Shown here: positions 1 through 9,831 of the stretch, piece by piece
Position numbering within the stretch: position 1 is the first letter of the stretch
How the letters are laid out: the number at the start of each line of letters is the position of its first letter
Assembly: GCA_963664405.1 (NCBI GenBank)
Contig: OY761158.1
Coordinates: 1,024,001 to 1,088,000, forward strand
Length of the DNA: 64,000 nt
DNA from: Thermoanaerobaculia bacterium
GTDB lineage: Bacteria; Acidobacteriota; Thermoanaerobaculia; Multivoradales; Multivoraceae
Reading direction: 5' to 3'
Notes under the pieces: generated by a model
Database searches by the model: none
What the model was told of the DNA's origin: nothing
Seen by the model: only the letters and a program-made list of their open reading frames with translations
Made by a program: the position numbers and the translations under genes

Positions 1-137
1 GAAGTCCGGAGCCGCGAGCTAGGCAAGCTGCCCGATTGTTCGGATCAAAGCCCGGCCGCTTTCGAGTGGCCGGGCACCTTGTCTCACGGTAGCGTCTTCA
101 GGGCTCTGAAATCGAGTCCGCTTCATACACTCGCCCG

Positions 138-1472
138 GTGAACCGCGGTTGGCCCCTCCTCCTGCTGCTGATCGCCGCAGCAGCTTGTCAGGACGCGCCT
201 CAACCGCGCCCCAACGTAATCCTGGTCTCGCTGGACGCACTTCGAGCAGATCATCTCGGAGCCTGGGGGCACACTCCTGCCACGTCCCCCTTTCTCGACG
301 GGCTCGCCGCGCGGGGTGTGCGCTACTCGAACGCCTTCGTAAACACCCACGGCACCACACCTTCCCATACCACCCTGCTCTCGGGTCTTTACCAGGAGAC
401 CCATCGCGTCAGTCATTGGCCAACCGAGGAGGCCGCGCCGCCCGCCGCCCTTGGCGCCGACATCCTGCTCCTGCCCGAGCTCTTACAAAAGGCCGGCTAC
501 ACAACCCTGGCGGTGACGGGTGGAGGGAACGTCGCCGGAAGGTTGGGCTTCTCGAGAGGTTTCGACGTCTACCTCGACCGAGCTCGAAGCGTCCGACAAG
601 TCGCCGCGCAGACTCTACGTCTGCTCGACGAGCGCGCCGAAGAGGAGGAACGACCGATCTTCCTTTTTCTCCACACCTACGAGATCCACTCCCCCTACAA
701 AGCACCCAAGCGCTATATCGACATGCTGGTCGATGCGAAGAGCGATCTTTCGACCACCAGCAGCAGTCTGCTTCGCCACTCCCACTCGGCCCGGAGCAGC
801 CTTTCTCCCGAGGATCTGCGCTTCCTGCGCCAGATGTACGACGCCGAGATTCGCTTCACCGACGAAACTCTCCGCGAGCTGTGGGCTGGCCTTGACGAAA
901 GGGGCTTTCTGGACCGAGCGTTGGTCGTGATCACCTCCGATCACGGCGAAGAGTTCGGCGACCACGGCGGCCTCCTCCACCGCGACCTTCTCTATGACGA
1001 GCTACTCCACGTCCCTCTTCTCGCCTACGGCCCCCAGATCCCTGAAAGAGCCGTAGAGTCCGCCCTCGTCAGCACAGTAGACATCGCCCCGTCGATCCTC
1101 GACTGGCTCGGCCTCGAAGTACCCGCCTCGATGGAAGGCCGTAGCCTGCGTCATGCAGCCGCCGACAGCGAGCGCGACACGGTCTTCTCTCAATACTCCT
1201 CTTTGCGCTACTCCATCCGCACCCCACGCTGGAAACTGATCGAGACCTTGCGCCCGCCCGCGATCGAGCTCTACGACCTCCAAGCCGACCCTGACGAAAC
1301 CCTCAACCTGGCGACATCCAACGCAGAGACCACCCACCGCCTCCAGGCCCGCCTACATCGCTGGAAGGCCGAGCGAGAGCCACTCAGAGTAGAGACCTCG
1401 CCTCCGCCCGCGCTCGACGAAGAGGAGGAGAAACGCCTACGAGCTCTCGGCTACCTAGGCGGCGAAAATTAG
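138..1472 (+). CDS. Sulfatase-like hydrolase (alkaline phosphatase superfamily), probable lipoprotein
   Basis: Signal peptide with AAAC lipobox; PNVILVSLDALRADH, YDAEI, TSDHGEEF, HVPLL and ELYDL motifs; active-site motif is TTPSH rather than C/SxPxR. Confidence 0.85.
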   Translation: MNRGWPLLLLLIAAAACQDAPQPRPNVILVSLDALRADHLGAWGHTPATSPFLDGLAARGVRYSNAFVNTHGTTPSHTTLLSGLYQETHRVSHWPTEEAAPPAALGADILLLPELLQKAGYTTLAVTGGGNVAGRLGFSRGFDVYLDRARSVRQVAAQTLRLLDERAEEEERPIFLFLHTYEIHSPYKAPKRYIDMLVDAKSDLSTTSSSLLRHSHSARSSLSPEDLRFLRQMYDAEIRFTDETLRELWAGLDERGFLDRALVVITSDHGEEFGDHGGLLHRDLLYDELLHVPLLAYGPQIPERAVESALVSTVDIAPSILDWLGLEVPASMEGRSLRHAAADSERDTVFSQYSSLRYSIRTPRWKLIETLRPPAIELYDLQADPDETLNLATSNAETTHRLQARLHRWKAEREPLRVETSPPPALDEEEEKRLRALGYLGGEN

Positions 1473-1548
1473 CCGCGAGATCACGGACAGTGTGCAGGCT
1501 CAACCGCGCCGGCGACCCTGGGGAGCGCTCTGTTCCGCTGACAGCCGG

Positions 1549-1691
1549 AGGCTGGGCGTCGAGCGTGCGTCATATCGCCGGAGCGCAGGAACGACGAGCC
1601 GAAGGCGTACTCCGCGTACGCCTAGCCGGCCGCGTCGTAGGCGAGGAGTGACGAGCATTCGGTGAAATGGCGTGCGATCGGCGTCCAGCCT
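1549..1691. repeat. Long imperfect fold-back (MITE/REP-like) element between convergent genes
   Basis: AGGCTGGGCGTCGAGCGTGCGTCAT... pairs with ...ATGGCGTGCGATCGGCGTCCAGCCT, many mismatches G-T type; central AGGCGTAC..GTACGCCT hairpin. Confidence 0.65.
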
Positions 1692-2745
1692 AATGGGAGC
1701 GGGTGTGGTGCTCGCGCAGCAAATCGCGACCGAAGTCGCCGTTGTAATCGCGCCACACCGTATGGCTGTGGTTGGCTCCGTTCTGTACGTTGTCGTACTC
1801 GATCAAGAAGGTCGGCGCCTGGACCCGGTAGTAGTGAGGGGTACCCGGCCCCTTTTCGACGCCGCCGATCCAGGCGAAGTGCAGGCTGTCGAAATCGGCG
1901 CCCTCGAGCTGAGCACGACGCTTTTCCGCCAGATCTTCGGGCATGTTCTGGATGTATTCCTCGATCAGGGCGCGTAGAGCCTTCTTCTGATCCGCACTCA
2001 TCCCTTTTGCGGCCAAGCCACGGGCCGGCGCCTCGAACTCGACCTCTCGCTTGGCGGAAGTGAAGATGTCAGCGGGAGGCTTCTCCTGCAAAATCGCCCT
2101 TGCCTTCTGATCACCCTCGAGAAGGAGAAGGAGGTCACGAGCCTGATCCTCTTCGTGGGCGAGGGCCCGGAGGCCCTTTCTTGGCCCTGCGAGCACTTGA
2201 TGGGGGTTGGCGCCCAGAAAGGTCGGCGTCGAGGAGACCTGGCCATCGACGAAGGTGAAGTTGAGAGACACATGGTGCCCCTCCAGGCTCCAGCCCCAGG
2301 TCCCCTCATCGGAAGGCTCACCAAAGACAGTCATGTAGTAGAGCAACGGATTGCGCAGGTGGAGAAAGCGTCCCGGCGGGTCGGTCTTGCTCTCCAGATC
2401 ACGCAGCACTTCTTCCAGACTCATGATGGTCAGCACCTTGCCGTAGCCGGTGCGGCTCAGAGAAGTGCTCAGCAGAAGGTGCACGAGGTGCATCTGGTCG
2501 GAGCGCATCGCCTTCAAGGGAAGCCCCTTGCGATCCTGCTTGGGAATGAAGTGCCAGTCATCACGCTCTTGCGCATCAAAAGCGAAGACCGCCTGCTCTC
2601 GTTGCTCGCCATCCAGATTGATGAGGAAGTTCTTCGCCGCATCCGCCATTAGAGCCGCGCTCGCGTCTTCAGCCCTGATCGAGCTTCCCGAGCCCAGAGA
2701 CAGACCGGCAACCGCAAGAGCCACCCACGAAGATCCTCTACTCAT
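1690..2745 (-). CDS. DUF3500 domain secreted protein
   Basis: Signal peptide; WHFIP, FGEP..WGW..EGHHVSLNFT, TPTFLGANP, HYYRVQ..FLIEYDN, NHSHTVWRD..GDFG. Confidence 0.85.
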   Translation of the reverse strand: MSRGSSWVALAVAGLSLGSGSSIRAEDASAALMADAAKNFLINLDGEQREQAVFAFDAQERDDWHFIPKQDRKGLPLKAMRSDQMHLVHLLLSTSLSRTGYGKVLTIMSLEEVLRDLESKTDPPGRFLHLRNPLLYYMTVFGEPSDEGTWGWSLEGHHVSLNFTFVDGQVSSTPTFLGANPHQVLAGPRKGLRALAHEEDQARDLLLLLEGDQKARAILQEKPPADIFTSAKREVEFEAPARGLAAKGMSADQKKALRALIEEYIQNMPEDLAEKRRAQLEGADFDSLHFAWIGGVEKGPGTPHYYRVQAPTFLIEYDNVQNGANHSHTVWRDYNGDFGRDLLREHHTRSH

Positions 2746-2887
2746 GATCGAACTCTCCCAAGAGACGGTGATTGGTTGATGACAAAGAGGATACTACCCC
2801 GCCCTTCCTTTCAACCAGGTTCAGCGTTGAGCGGACCTGCCTGATATCTTGAGGCCGCCTCGACTCTTCTACTCGTTCTGAGCCATT

Positions 2888-3994
2888 ATGCGCGTCGCAC
2901 TGGTCCACGACTGGCTTACTGGCATGCGAGGCGGCGAGAAAGTACTCGAGGAGCTCTGCCGACTCTTCCCCGGTGCTCCGATCCACACCCTCTTCCATTT
3001 CCCTGGCACGGTCTCCGAGCTCATCGAGAGTCACCCGATCCGCACAAGCTTCCTGCAGGGCGCACCGAGGCTAAAAGAGGCATACCGATCCTACCTGCCC
3101 CTCTTCCCGGCCGCGATCCAGGACTTCGACCTTGGGGACTTCGACCTGGTCATAAGCTCGAGTCACTGTGTCGCCAAGGCCTGCAATGCGAGACTCGGCG
3201 CGCAGCACGTCTGCTATTGCCACACACCGATGCGCTACGCATGGGACCAGCGAAGCGCCTATTTCCCCGATCACAGCGGCATCATCGCCCGCGCACGTCA
3301 CCGCGTACTCGACTGGCTCCAGATCTGGGACGCTCGAACCAGCCCACGCGTCGACCTCTTCATCGCCAACTCTCGCTTCGTCCGTGATCGCATTCGCCGC
3401 TACTACGATCGCGACGCCGAGGTCGTTGCGCCGCCTGTCGACGTCGACTTCTTCACCCCTGGAGTGACACCGTCAGGCGCCCCTTTCGCCCTTACCTTCG
3501 CCGCTCTCGCCCCTTACAAGAAGCTCGATCAGGCCATCGAGGCCTGCCGGCGCCTCGACCTCGAGCTGCGTGTGGTCGGCGGCGCGACGCAGGACGACCC
3601 CGGTGGGTCCGAACCGTCTTCGGGAGTTCGCCGGCTGGGCCGCGTTTCGGACAGCGAGCTGAGAGATTTGTACCGTCAGGCAACCTGCTTCGTACAACCA
3701 GGTGTCGAGGACTTTGGTATCACGACCGTCGAAGCGCTTGCCTGCGGCTGCCCTGTTGTCGCCGTTGCCGAGGGCGGCGTCCTCGACATCGTAGAACCAG
3801 GAGAGCACGGAATCCTCTACAGCGTCGATAGAGGGGTCGACGGTCTGGTCGCCGCCGTTGACAAAATTCCGAGAATGAATTTCAATAAATTGAACCTAAG
3901 CGAGCGAGCTCAGCAATTTTCACCCGCCAGGTTCCGCCAGCGGGTGCAAGCACTACTCCATCGCCTCGACGACTCGAGGGAGCCGGGGTCTTGA
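2888..3994 (+). CDS. Glycosyltransferase family 4 (GT-B)
   Basis: MRVALVHDWL..GGEKVL; CYCHTPMRYAW; EDFGI..VEALACG.PV. Confidence 0.92.
   Translation: MRVALVHDWLTGMRGGEKVLEELCRLFPGAPIHTLFHFPGTVSELIESHPIRTSFLQGAPRLKEAYRSYLPLFPAAIQDFDLGDFDLVISSSHCVAKACNARLGAQHVCYCHTPMRYAWDQRSAYFPDHSGIIARARHRVLDWLQIWDARTSPRVDLFIANSRFVRDRIRRYYDRDAEVVAPPVDVDFFTPGVTPSGAPFALTFAALAPYKKLDQAIEACRRLDLELRVVGGATQDDPGGSEPSSGVRRLGRVSDSELRDLYRQATCFVQPGVEDFGITTVEALACGCPVVAVAEGGVLDIVEPGEHGILYSVDRGVDGLVAAVDKIPRMNFNKLNLSERAQQFSPARFRQRVQALLHRLDDSREPGS
3858..3886 (+). promoter_or_regulatory. Possible internal sigma70 promoter for wcaJ
   Basis: TTGACA-N17-TTCAAT in an AT-rich patch near the 3' end of the GT4 gene. Confidence 0.3.
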
Positions 3995-5418
3995 TCAACG
4001 CGAGAAATCAGGCAACCGGGCTGCTTTACCTTGCAAGCGACGTCGTCGCTATTGGGGCGGCTTTCTTTGCCGCCTGGTACCTACGCTTTCACACCGATCT
4101 CATCCCTTTCGTCGGCAACGACCCGACTCCCGACTTCGACTACTACCTTCGCCTCCTGCCCTTCACCTTGGTCGCCTGGCCGGCGGCCTTCTACTTCAGG
4201 GGGCTCTACCAGCCTCGCCGGGCTAGGAGCCGGGTCGAAGACGCCATTTCTATTCTAGTGGCGACCGCCCTCGCCACCTTCCTACTGATCGCATTCACCT
4301 CTTTGTACCGCCCCGCCCTGCGTCACGACCCCTCGGTTGAGTTCACCATCAGCCGGGGCTTCCTTGCCGCGCTCTCGTTCCTCAGTTACCTCGGAACGGC
4401 AGCCGGACGGCTGATGCTTCGCGAAACGCTGCGAGCGATGCGACGACGCGGCCATAACGTGCTGCGAATTCTGGTCGTCGGTAGCGGTCGACTGGGGCGA
4501 GAGGTGACCGAAAAGATCCTCGCCCACCGCGAGCTCGGCTTCCAAGTCATCGGCTTTCTCGATGACAAAGGAAAGGGCGGCGAGGTTCTGGGGCGTCCAA
4601 TCCTGGGCACCCTTGCCGACCTCAGCCACGTTCTCCAGGAGCACTCCGTGGACCAGGTCATGGTAGCCCTCCCCCTAGAGGCGCATCGCAAGACCATGAG
4701 GATCCTCGAACAGATCGGCAAGGAGTGCGTGGACGTTCGCCTGGTCCCCGACGTTCTGCAGTACACGGCGCTCAAGGCAACGCTAGAAGACCTCGACGGC
4801 ACCCCGCTCATCAACTTGTCGCGCACCCCTTTGGAGGGTTGGTCGACTCTGGCAAAGAGATCGATGGACATCGTCCTCTCCACCTTGCTCCTCATAGCTC
4901 TCGTTCCGGCCTTCCTTTTCATCACTTTCTGTATCTGGCTCGAGGACAGGGGCCGCCCCTTTTATCATCAGGAGCGAATGGGCCTCGACGGTCGCTCGTT
5001 CAAGATGGTGAAGTTCCGCTCTATGAGGCACGACGCCGAGTCCACCAGCGGGCCGATCTGGGCGATCCGCAACGATCCTCGCAGGACTCGAGTTGGCAGT
5101 TTCCTCCGCCGGACCTCAGTCGACGAGCTCCCACAGCTGTGGAACGTATTGAAAGGCGAGATGTCCCTGGTCGGGCCCCGCCCCGAACGCCCAGCCTTCG
5201 TGCACCAGTTCAAGCACAAAGTGCCCCAGTACATGCTGAGACATCGGGTCAAAGCAGGGATCACCGGCTGGGCCCAGGTCCACGGCTGGCGCGGCAACAC
5301 CTCCATCCGCAAGCGTATCAAGTACGACATCTACTACATCGAAAACTGGTCGATGCGCCTTGATCTGAAGATCCTGTGGATGACGCTGAGGCACGGGGTG
5401 CGGCATAACGCGTATTAG
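3991..5418 (+). CDS. wcaJ: Undecaprenyl-phosphate glucose phosphotransferase (priming glycosyltransferase)
   Basis: N-terminal TM helices, CoA-binding-like domain, KFRSM, DELPQLWNVLKGEMSLVGPRPERP, GITGWAQV, D.YYIENWS. Confidence 0.9.
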   Translation: MINARNQATGLLYLASDVVAIGAAFFAAWYLRFHTDLIPFVGNDPTPDFDYYLRLLPFTLVAWPAAFYFRGLYQPRRARSRVEDAISILVATALATFLLIAFTSLYRPALRHDPSVEFTISRGFLAALSFLSYLGTAAGRLMLRETLRAMRRRGHNVLRILVVGSGRLGREVTEKILAHRELGFQVIGFLDDKGKGGEVLGRPILGTLADLSHVLQEHSVDQVMVALPLEAHRKTMRILEQIGKECVDVRLVPDVLQYTALKATLEDLDGTPLINLSRTPLEGWSTLAKRSMDIVLSTLLLIALVPAFLFITFCIWLEDRGRPFYHQERMGLDGRSFKMVKFRSMRHDAESTSGPIWAIRNDPRRTRVGSFLRRTSVDELPQLWNVLKGEMSLVGPRPERPAFVHQFKHKVPQYMLRHRVKAGITGWAQVHGWRGNTSIRKRIKYDIYYIENWSMRLDLKILWMTLRHGVRHNAY

Positions 5419-5520
5419 ATTTGAGAATGGTAGGACTACCATTCCCAAATCTAATTTGCCCTCTTGCGCCGAGGACGGCGCGCGTCGCCCATCGGAGGAC
5501 CGACGGGCTCCCTGCTTCGG

Positions 5521-5596
5521 AGAAGTAAGCACTAAGCAGTCGAGAGTGGGTCTGGTCTGTTTACTGTTCACTGGTTACTGTTTACTCTCTACTTAT
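5521..5596. repeat. Heptamer tract locus 1 (AGTAAGC arm + TTACTG arm)
   Basis: agaagtaagcactaagcagt ... ctgtttactgttcactggttactgtttact, ending just before ATG 5602. Confidence 0.75.
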
Positions 5597-5601
5597 TCGC
5601 A

Positions 5602-6759
5602 ATGGCCCACCTCGACCCCTCTACCTTGCTCGACCGGGCTCGCGACCTCGCCGACGGAGTCCTGAGCCAGCGCGCTCCGATCTACGACGCTGAGGCGCGC
5701 TTTCCGACCGAGAACTTCGCAGATCTGCACGCGGCCGGGCTGTTGGCTCTGCCGGTGCCGAGCGAGCACGGTGGCGCCGACGCCGACTGGTGGACTTCAC
5801 TCAGCGTGCTGCGCGAGATCGCCAGAGGATGCGGTTCGACCGCCAATGCCTTCAATATGCACACGGTCGTGCTCCGCTTTCTTCGAATGCTCTCGAGTCC
5901 CGAGCTTCAGGCCGAGATCTTCGACGCCGTGGTCAACGAGGGCGCTCTCGTCGCCACTCTCACCAACGAGCCGCAGATGAGTCTGCGCAGCAAGTTCGAT
6001 ATCGCCACCCAGGTCGAAGAAGCCGGTGACCGACTTGTCATCACCGGTAAGAAACACTTCTGCTCTTTATCAACGGCCGCGCGCTGGTACCACGTGATGG
6101 CGTCCGACCCCACCCGAACCGGCGTCGAGCGCCTTCGGACCGTTCTCGTCCCCAGCGACCTGCCAGGGATCACGGTCCATGACGACTGGAACGTCATGGC
6201 GATGCGCGCCACCGCATCGAACTCGATCACCTTCGACGGCGTTCAGGTGCCGGGGCACTACGAGACAGCGCCTCCAGGCGGGCTCCAGACCGTGCGACTG
6301 CAGCAGTACTTCACCCCAGGCTACGCCGCGATCTATCTGGGTGTCGCCGACGCTGCCTACCGCTACACCGTTGACTACGTGAAAACGACCCGCTTCACCG
6401 GCGACGAGAGGCCGATCTCCCACCGACCGGCGGCGCAGCGTGCCGTGGCCGAGATGGCAACATCCATCGCGGCTTCCGAAGCCCTCCTCGAAAGAGCGGC
6501 AAAGACGGCTGAGCGAGAGAACGCGATCGACTGCGCCCAGGCCTTTCAGCAGGCGAAGTACGTGTCCTGCAATACCGCCAGAGAGGTAGCGACTCTCGCC
6601 CTCGAAGTGTGTGGCGCCCGTGCACTCTCGAAGCGCTACCCACTCGAGCGTTACATCCGCGACGCCCAGGCCGGGCACCTGATGCAGCCGACTGCCGATG
6701 TGTGCCGGTCCCAGATAGGGCGGAGGGAGCTCGGACTCGACCCTTATGGAGAGAAGTGA
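5602..6759 (+). CDS. Acyl-CoA dehydrogenase family protein (possibly flavin monooxygenase type)
   Basis: FP.ENF..L..AGL, VP.EHGG, GKKHFCS, DW..MAMRATASNS, LERYIRD; lacks the C-terminal YEG motif. Confidence 0.85.
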   Translation: MAHLDPSTLLDRARDLADGVLSQRAPIYDAEARFPTENFADLHAAGLLALPVPSEHGGADADWWTSLSVLREIARGCGSTANAFNMHTVVLRFLRMLSSPELQAEIFDAVVNEGALVATLTNEPQMSLRSKFDIATQVEEAGDRLVITGKKHFCSLSTAARWYHVMASDPTRTGVERLRTVLVPSDLPGITVHDDWNVMAMRATASNSITFDGVQVPGHYETAPPGGLQTVRLQQYFTPGYAAIYLGVADAAYRYTVDYVKTTRFTGDERPISHRPAAQRAVAEMATSIAASEALLERAAKTAERENAIDCAQAFQQAKYVSCNTAREVATLALEVCGARALSKRYPLERYIRDAQAGHLMQPTADVCRSQIGRRELGLDPYGEK

Positions 6760-6994
6760 GAGTGAGAGAAGAAGTAAGAAGTAAGCAGTAAGCAGTAAGC
6801 AGTAAAGCAGTAAAGAAGTAGAGAAGTAGAGAAGTAGAGAAGGTAGAACGTAAGTGAGCGAGGGGATTCAGCCGAAGGGTCCGGGCGGTGAGACGGTGAC
6901 TTTGAATCGTCGGGAGGGTAGAAGTGACCTCGTCTAGCCACCTCTCTTCCGGGTCTGTTTACTGCTTACTGCTTACTGCTTACTTCTCTCTCTT
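6750..6994. repeat. Heptamer tract locus 2: purine arm 6750-6856, spacer, pyrimidine arm 6955-6994
   Basis: (AGTAAGC)n/(AGTAGAGA)n followed by (GCTTACT)n. Confidence 0.85.
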
Positions 6995-8915
6995 CGCCGT
7001 CGCCACTCCCGCCCAGAGCGAGGAACCGATTCCCGACGGCGAATGGCACCACTACGGACGCGACAAGGCGTCGAGCCGCTACTCCCCACTCGATCAGATC
7101 CAGCGCGAGAACGTCGGCGACCTGGTCGAAGTCTGGCGGTGGAGCTCGCCGGATACCCGAGTCCAGGCGCAGAACGGGAGCGTCAGACCTGGCGCCTTCA
7201 AAGCAACTCCGGTGATGGCCGGAGGGCTCCTCTACCTCCCCACCAGCCTGGGCGTCATTGTCGCGATCGACCCCGCCACAGGCAAGACCGTCTGGGAACA
7301 CGACCCCGAGAGCTACAAATCAGGCCGACCCGCCAATGCGGGCTGGCAGCATCGGGGGGCCGAGTACTGGAGCAACGGCGAGAAGCGGCGCATCATCATG
7401 GCGACCCACCACCGCCGTCTGATCTCCATCGACGCGGCGAACGGCAAGCCGGATCTCGACTTCGGCGTCGATGGTGACGGTTGGACCGATCTTGCAACCA
7501 GACTCGGTCGCGAGATCGACCCTCGCAAAATCACCCACAGCTCGCCGCCCATTGTCTGCAACGACACGATCGTGGTCGGCTCGATCGTCTCCGACGGTCC
7601 CACCAGCCCTGAGATGCCGCCAGGGCACGTGCGCGGATACGACGTCAACACCGGCGCCTTCAAGTGGATCTTTCACACCATCCCCCAGGAAGGTGAGAAC
7701 GGTACCGAGACCTGGCACGACGACTCTTGGAAGTACAGCGGCAACACCAATGTGTGGGCGACGCTTAGCTGTGACGAGGAGCTCGGATACGTCTACCTGC
7801 CCACCTCCACTCCCACCAGCGATTGGTACGGGGGGCATCGTCGCGGCGCCAATCTGTACGCAGAATCTCTGGTCGCCCTCGACGCCGCCACCGGCGAGCG
7901 CAAATGGCACTTCCAGGCGGTACACCACGGGCTGTGGGACTACGACTTTCCATGTGCGGCCAATCTCGTCGACATCACGGTCGACGGACGTCGCATCAAG
8001 GCCATAGCCCAGGTATCGAAGCAGGGATTCACCTATGTCTTCGACCGCCGAACAGGAGAGCCCGTTTGGCCCATCGAGGAGCGGGCCGTGCCACAGACCA
8101 CGGTACCGGGTGAGTGGACCTCTCCAACCCAGCCACACCCCACCAAGCCGCCTCCCTTCGAGCGTCAGGGAGTGAGTATCGACGACCTCATCGACTTCAC
8201 TCCAGAGCTACGGCAGAAAGCGCTCGACTTCGTCGAAGAGTACTTACTGGGCCCCCTCTATACGCCTCCCATCGTCGCCGGCGACAACGGAAAGAAGGCC
8301 ATCCTCCTTCTGCCCAGCCCCGCCGGTGGCGCCAACTGGCGAGGAGCGGCTTTCGACCCCGTGACCGGCATGCTCTATGTGCCGTCGATGACCCTCCTCA
8401 TGGAGCTGGCCCTGATCAAGCCTGATCCCGCTCGCAGCCGCCTCGACTACGCCGTCATTGGCGACGTCGTGGGCCTCGACCACCTGCCTCTGATCAAGCC
8501 TCCCTGGGGGCGGATCACCGCCATCGACCTCAACCAGGGCGAGATCGCCTGGGTCGTCCCCCACGGTGTCGGACCCAGAGACCACCCTCTGCTGGCAGGG
8601 CTAGAGCTGCCCCCACGCCTGGGCGCCGCACCCAACTTCTATCAGTCCAACGGCGGGGCAATGCTCACCAAGGAGCTGCTCTTCGTCATTCAGGCTGACG
8701 AGGAGCCCGGAAGCCGCACCCGCATGGGACCGGCGGGCAACCTCTCCGCCTTCGACAAAGAGACAGGAGAGCTCGTGTGGGAGCACCACTTCGCGCCGAC
8801 TCCCCATTCCAACCCGATGACCTATCTATGGCAGGATCGCCAGTATGTTGTCGTCTCCGCCGGCGGCGCCGGGCTGCCGGCGGAGCTCGTGGCGTTCGCG
8901 GTAGGAAGTAAGTAG
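6924..8915 (+). CDS. PQQ-dependent dehydrogenase (glucose/quinate/shikimate type, exported)
   Basis: W.HYGRD..SRYSPLDQI, W.FQ.VHHGLWDYD, GGANW.G.AFDP, KPPWG.ITAIDL, PMTY...RQYVV. Confidence 0.9.
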   Translation: MTSSSHLSSGSVYCLLLTAYFSLFAVATPAQSEEPIPDGEWHHYGRDKASSRYSPLDQIQRENVGDLVEVWRWSSPDTRVQAQNGSVRPGAFKATPVMAGGLLYLPTSLGVIVAIDPATGKTVWEHDPESYKSGRPANAGWQHRGAEYWSNGEKRRIIMATHHRRLISIDAANGKPDLDFGVDGDGWTDLATRLGREIDPRKITHSSPPIVCNDTIVVGSIVSDGPTSPEMPPGHVRGYDVNTGAFKWIFHTIPQEGENGTETWHDDSWKYSGNTNVWATLSCDEELGYVYLPTSTPTSDWYGGHRRGANLYAESLVALDAATGERKWHFQAVHHGLWDYDFPCAANLVDITVDGRRIKAIAQVSKQGFTYVFDRRTGEPVWPIEERAVPQTTVPGEWTSPTQPHPTKPPPFERQGVSIDDLIDFTPELRQKALDFVEEYLLGPLYTPPIVAGDNGKKAILLLPSPAGGANWRGAAFDPVTGMLYVPSMTLLMELALIKPDPARSRLDYAVIGDVVGLDHLPLIKPPWGRITAIDLNQGEIAWVVPHGVGPRDHPLLAGLELPPRLGAAPNFYQSNGGAMLTKELLFVIQADEEPGSRTRMGPAGNLSAFDKETGELVWEHHFAPTPHSNPMTYLWQDRQYVVVSAGGAGLPAELVAFAVGSK

Positions 8916-9149
8916 TAAGAGGTAGGAGCTAAGAGGTGGGAAAATGAGTGCTGGGACGTAGTGATGAGAGCGAAGCGGAGAGAAGCTAGGGAGGCGGAGC
9001 GGCAGACCCGGAAGGATCCGTGGAGGTTGGACCGGACCGTCTACCTTCGGGGGTCGCAGTCCGAAGTTAGACGAGGTAGGCGCTCCTCCTTCAGTCCTCG
9101 CAGGAACTTCCGGTCTGCTTACTGCTTAGTGCTTACTGTTTACTTCCTC
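8901..9149. repeat. Heptamer tract locus 3 with inverted internal motif
   Basis: gtaggaagtaagtagtaagaggtaggag ... cagacccggaag ... cttccggtctgcttactgcttagtgcttactgtttact. Confidence 0.7.
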
Positions 9150-9737
9150 CCCGGCTGCGGCAGAGACGCTCCGCTGCCCGAGCCGACCGGTAGCTCTGCG
9201 CCGTCGTCCAAGCGTGAGCCGGCACCACAGCGGCTCGCGAATCCGAGCCTCAGTCTGCTGGAAGCGGCGTTCGCCGGAGATGCGGACCAGGCCAGGCTGG
9301 CGCTCGACCAGGGCGCGGACCCGAATAAGCAGAGCGACGATGACCGCACCAGTCTGATGCTTGCGGCTTTCGACGGCCACACCGAGACCCTTCGCGTCCT
9401 CCTCGACCGAGGAGCGCAGGTCGACGACCGCGATCCCGCCGGCCGCACTGCCCTGATGTATGCCGCTAGTGGCCCCAACGCCGAGAGCGTACGCCTGCTC
9501 CTCGACTGGAAGGCCGATCCCCTGGTGACCGACCTCGAAGAACAGTTCACAGCCTTGATGTTCGCGGCCGCCGAGGGGCACCCGGATGTCGTTCAAATCC
9601 TTCTCGACTACGACTCCGACCCCAAGATGGTAGACATCGACGGCGAAACGGCGCTCGATTTCGCCACCCAGAGTGGGCATCTTGGGGTGGTGAAGTTGCT
9701 GAGTGGGGAACAGAGATCAGTAAACAGTAATCAGTGA
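8961..9737 (+). CDS. Ankyrin repeat protein, probable lipoprotein (start uncertain)
   Basis: Four to five ankyrin repeats (T.LM.AA..G....V..LLD.GA); LPGC lipobox-like motif. Confidence 0.8.
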   Translation: MMRAKRREAREAERQTRKDPWRLDRTVYLRGSQSEVRRGRRSSFSPRRNFRSAYCLVLTVYFLPGCGRDAPLPEPTGSSAPSSKREPAPQRLANPSLSLLEAAFAGDADQARLALDQGADPNKQSDDDRTSLMLAAFDGHTETLRVLLDRGAQVDDRDPAGRTALMYAASGPNAESVRLLLDWKADPLVTDLEEQFTALMFAAAEGHPDVVQILLDYDSDPKMVDIDGETALDFATQSGHLGVVKLLSGEQRSVNSNQ

Positions 9738-9831
9738 TCAGTCAAGGCAGGGAGAGAAGGAAGGAGGTCGCAATCACCGCCCGTCTCTTTCCTGCCTTTA
9801 CTGCTTACTGCTTACTGCTTACTTCCTTCTC
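9711..9831. repeat. Heptamer tract locus 4 between convergent genes
   Basis: cagtaaacagtaatcagtgatcagt ... ttactgcttactgcttactgcttacttcc. Confidence 0.8.

Noticed and set aside
6750-6856. Repeat tracts as a CRISPR array
   Set aside because: Units are tandem 7-8 nt with no constant 25-45 nt repeat and spacer pattern; no cas genes in the window
7920-7960. WDYD motif as evidence of lanthanide dependence of the PQQ enzyme
   Set aside because: WDxD is also common in glucose/quinate-type PQQ dehydrogenases, so it is not diagnostic here
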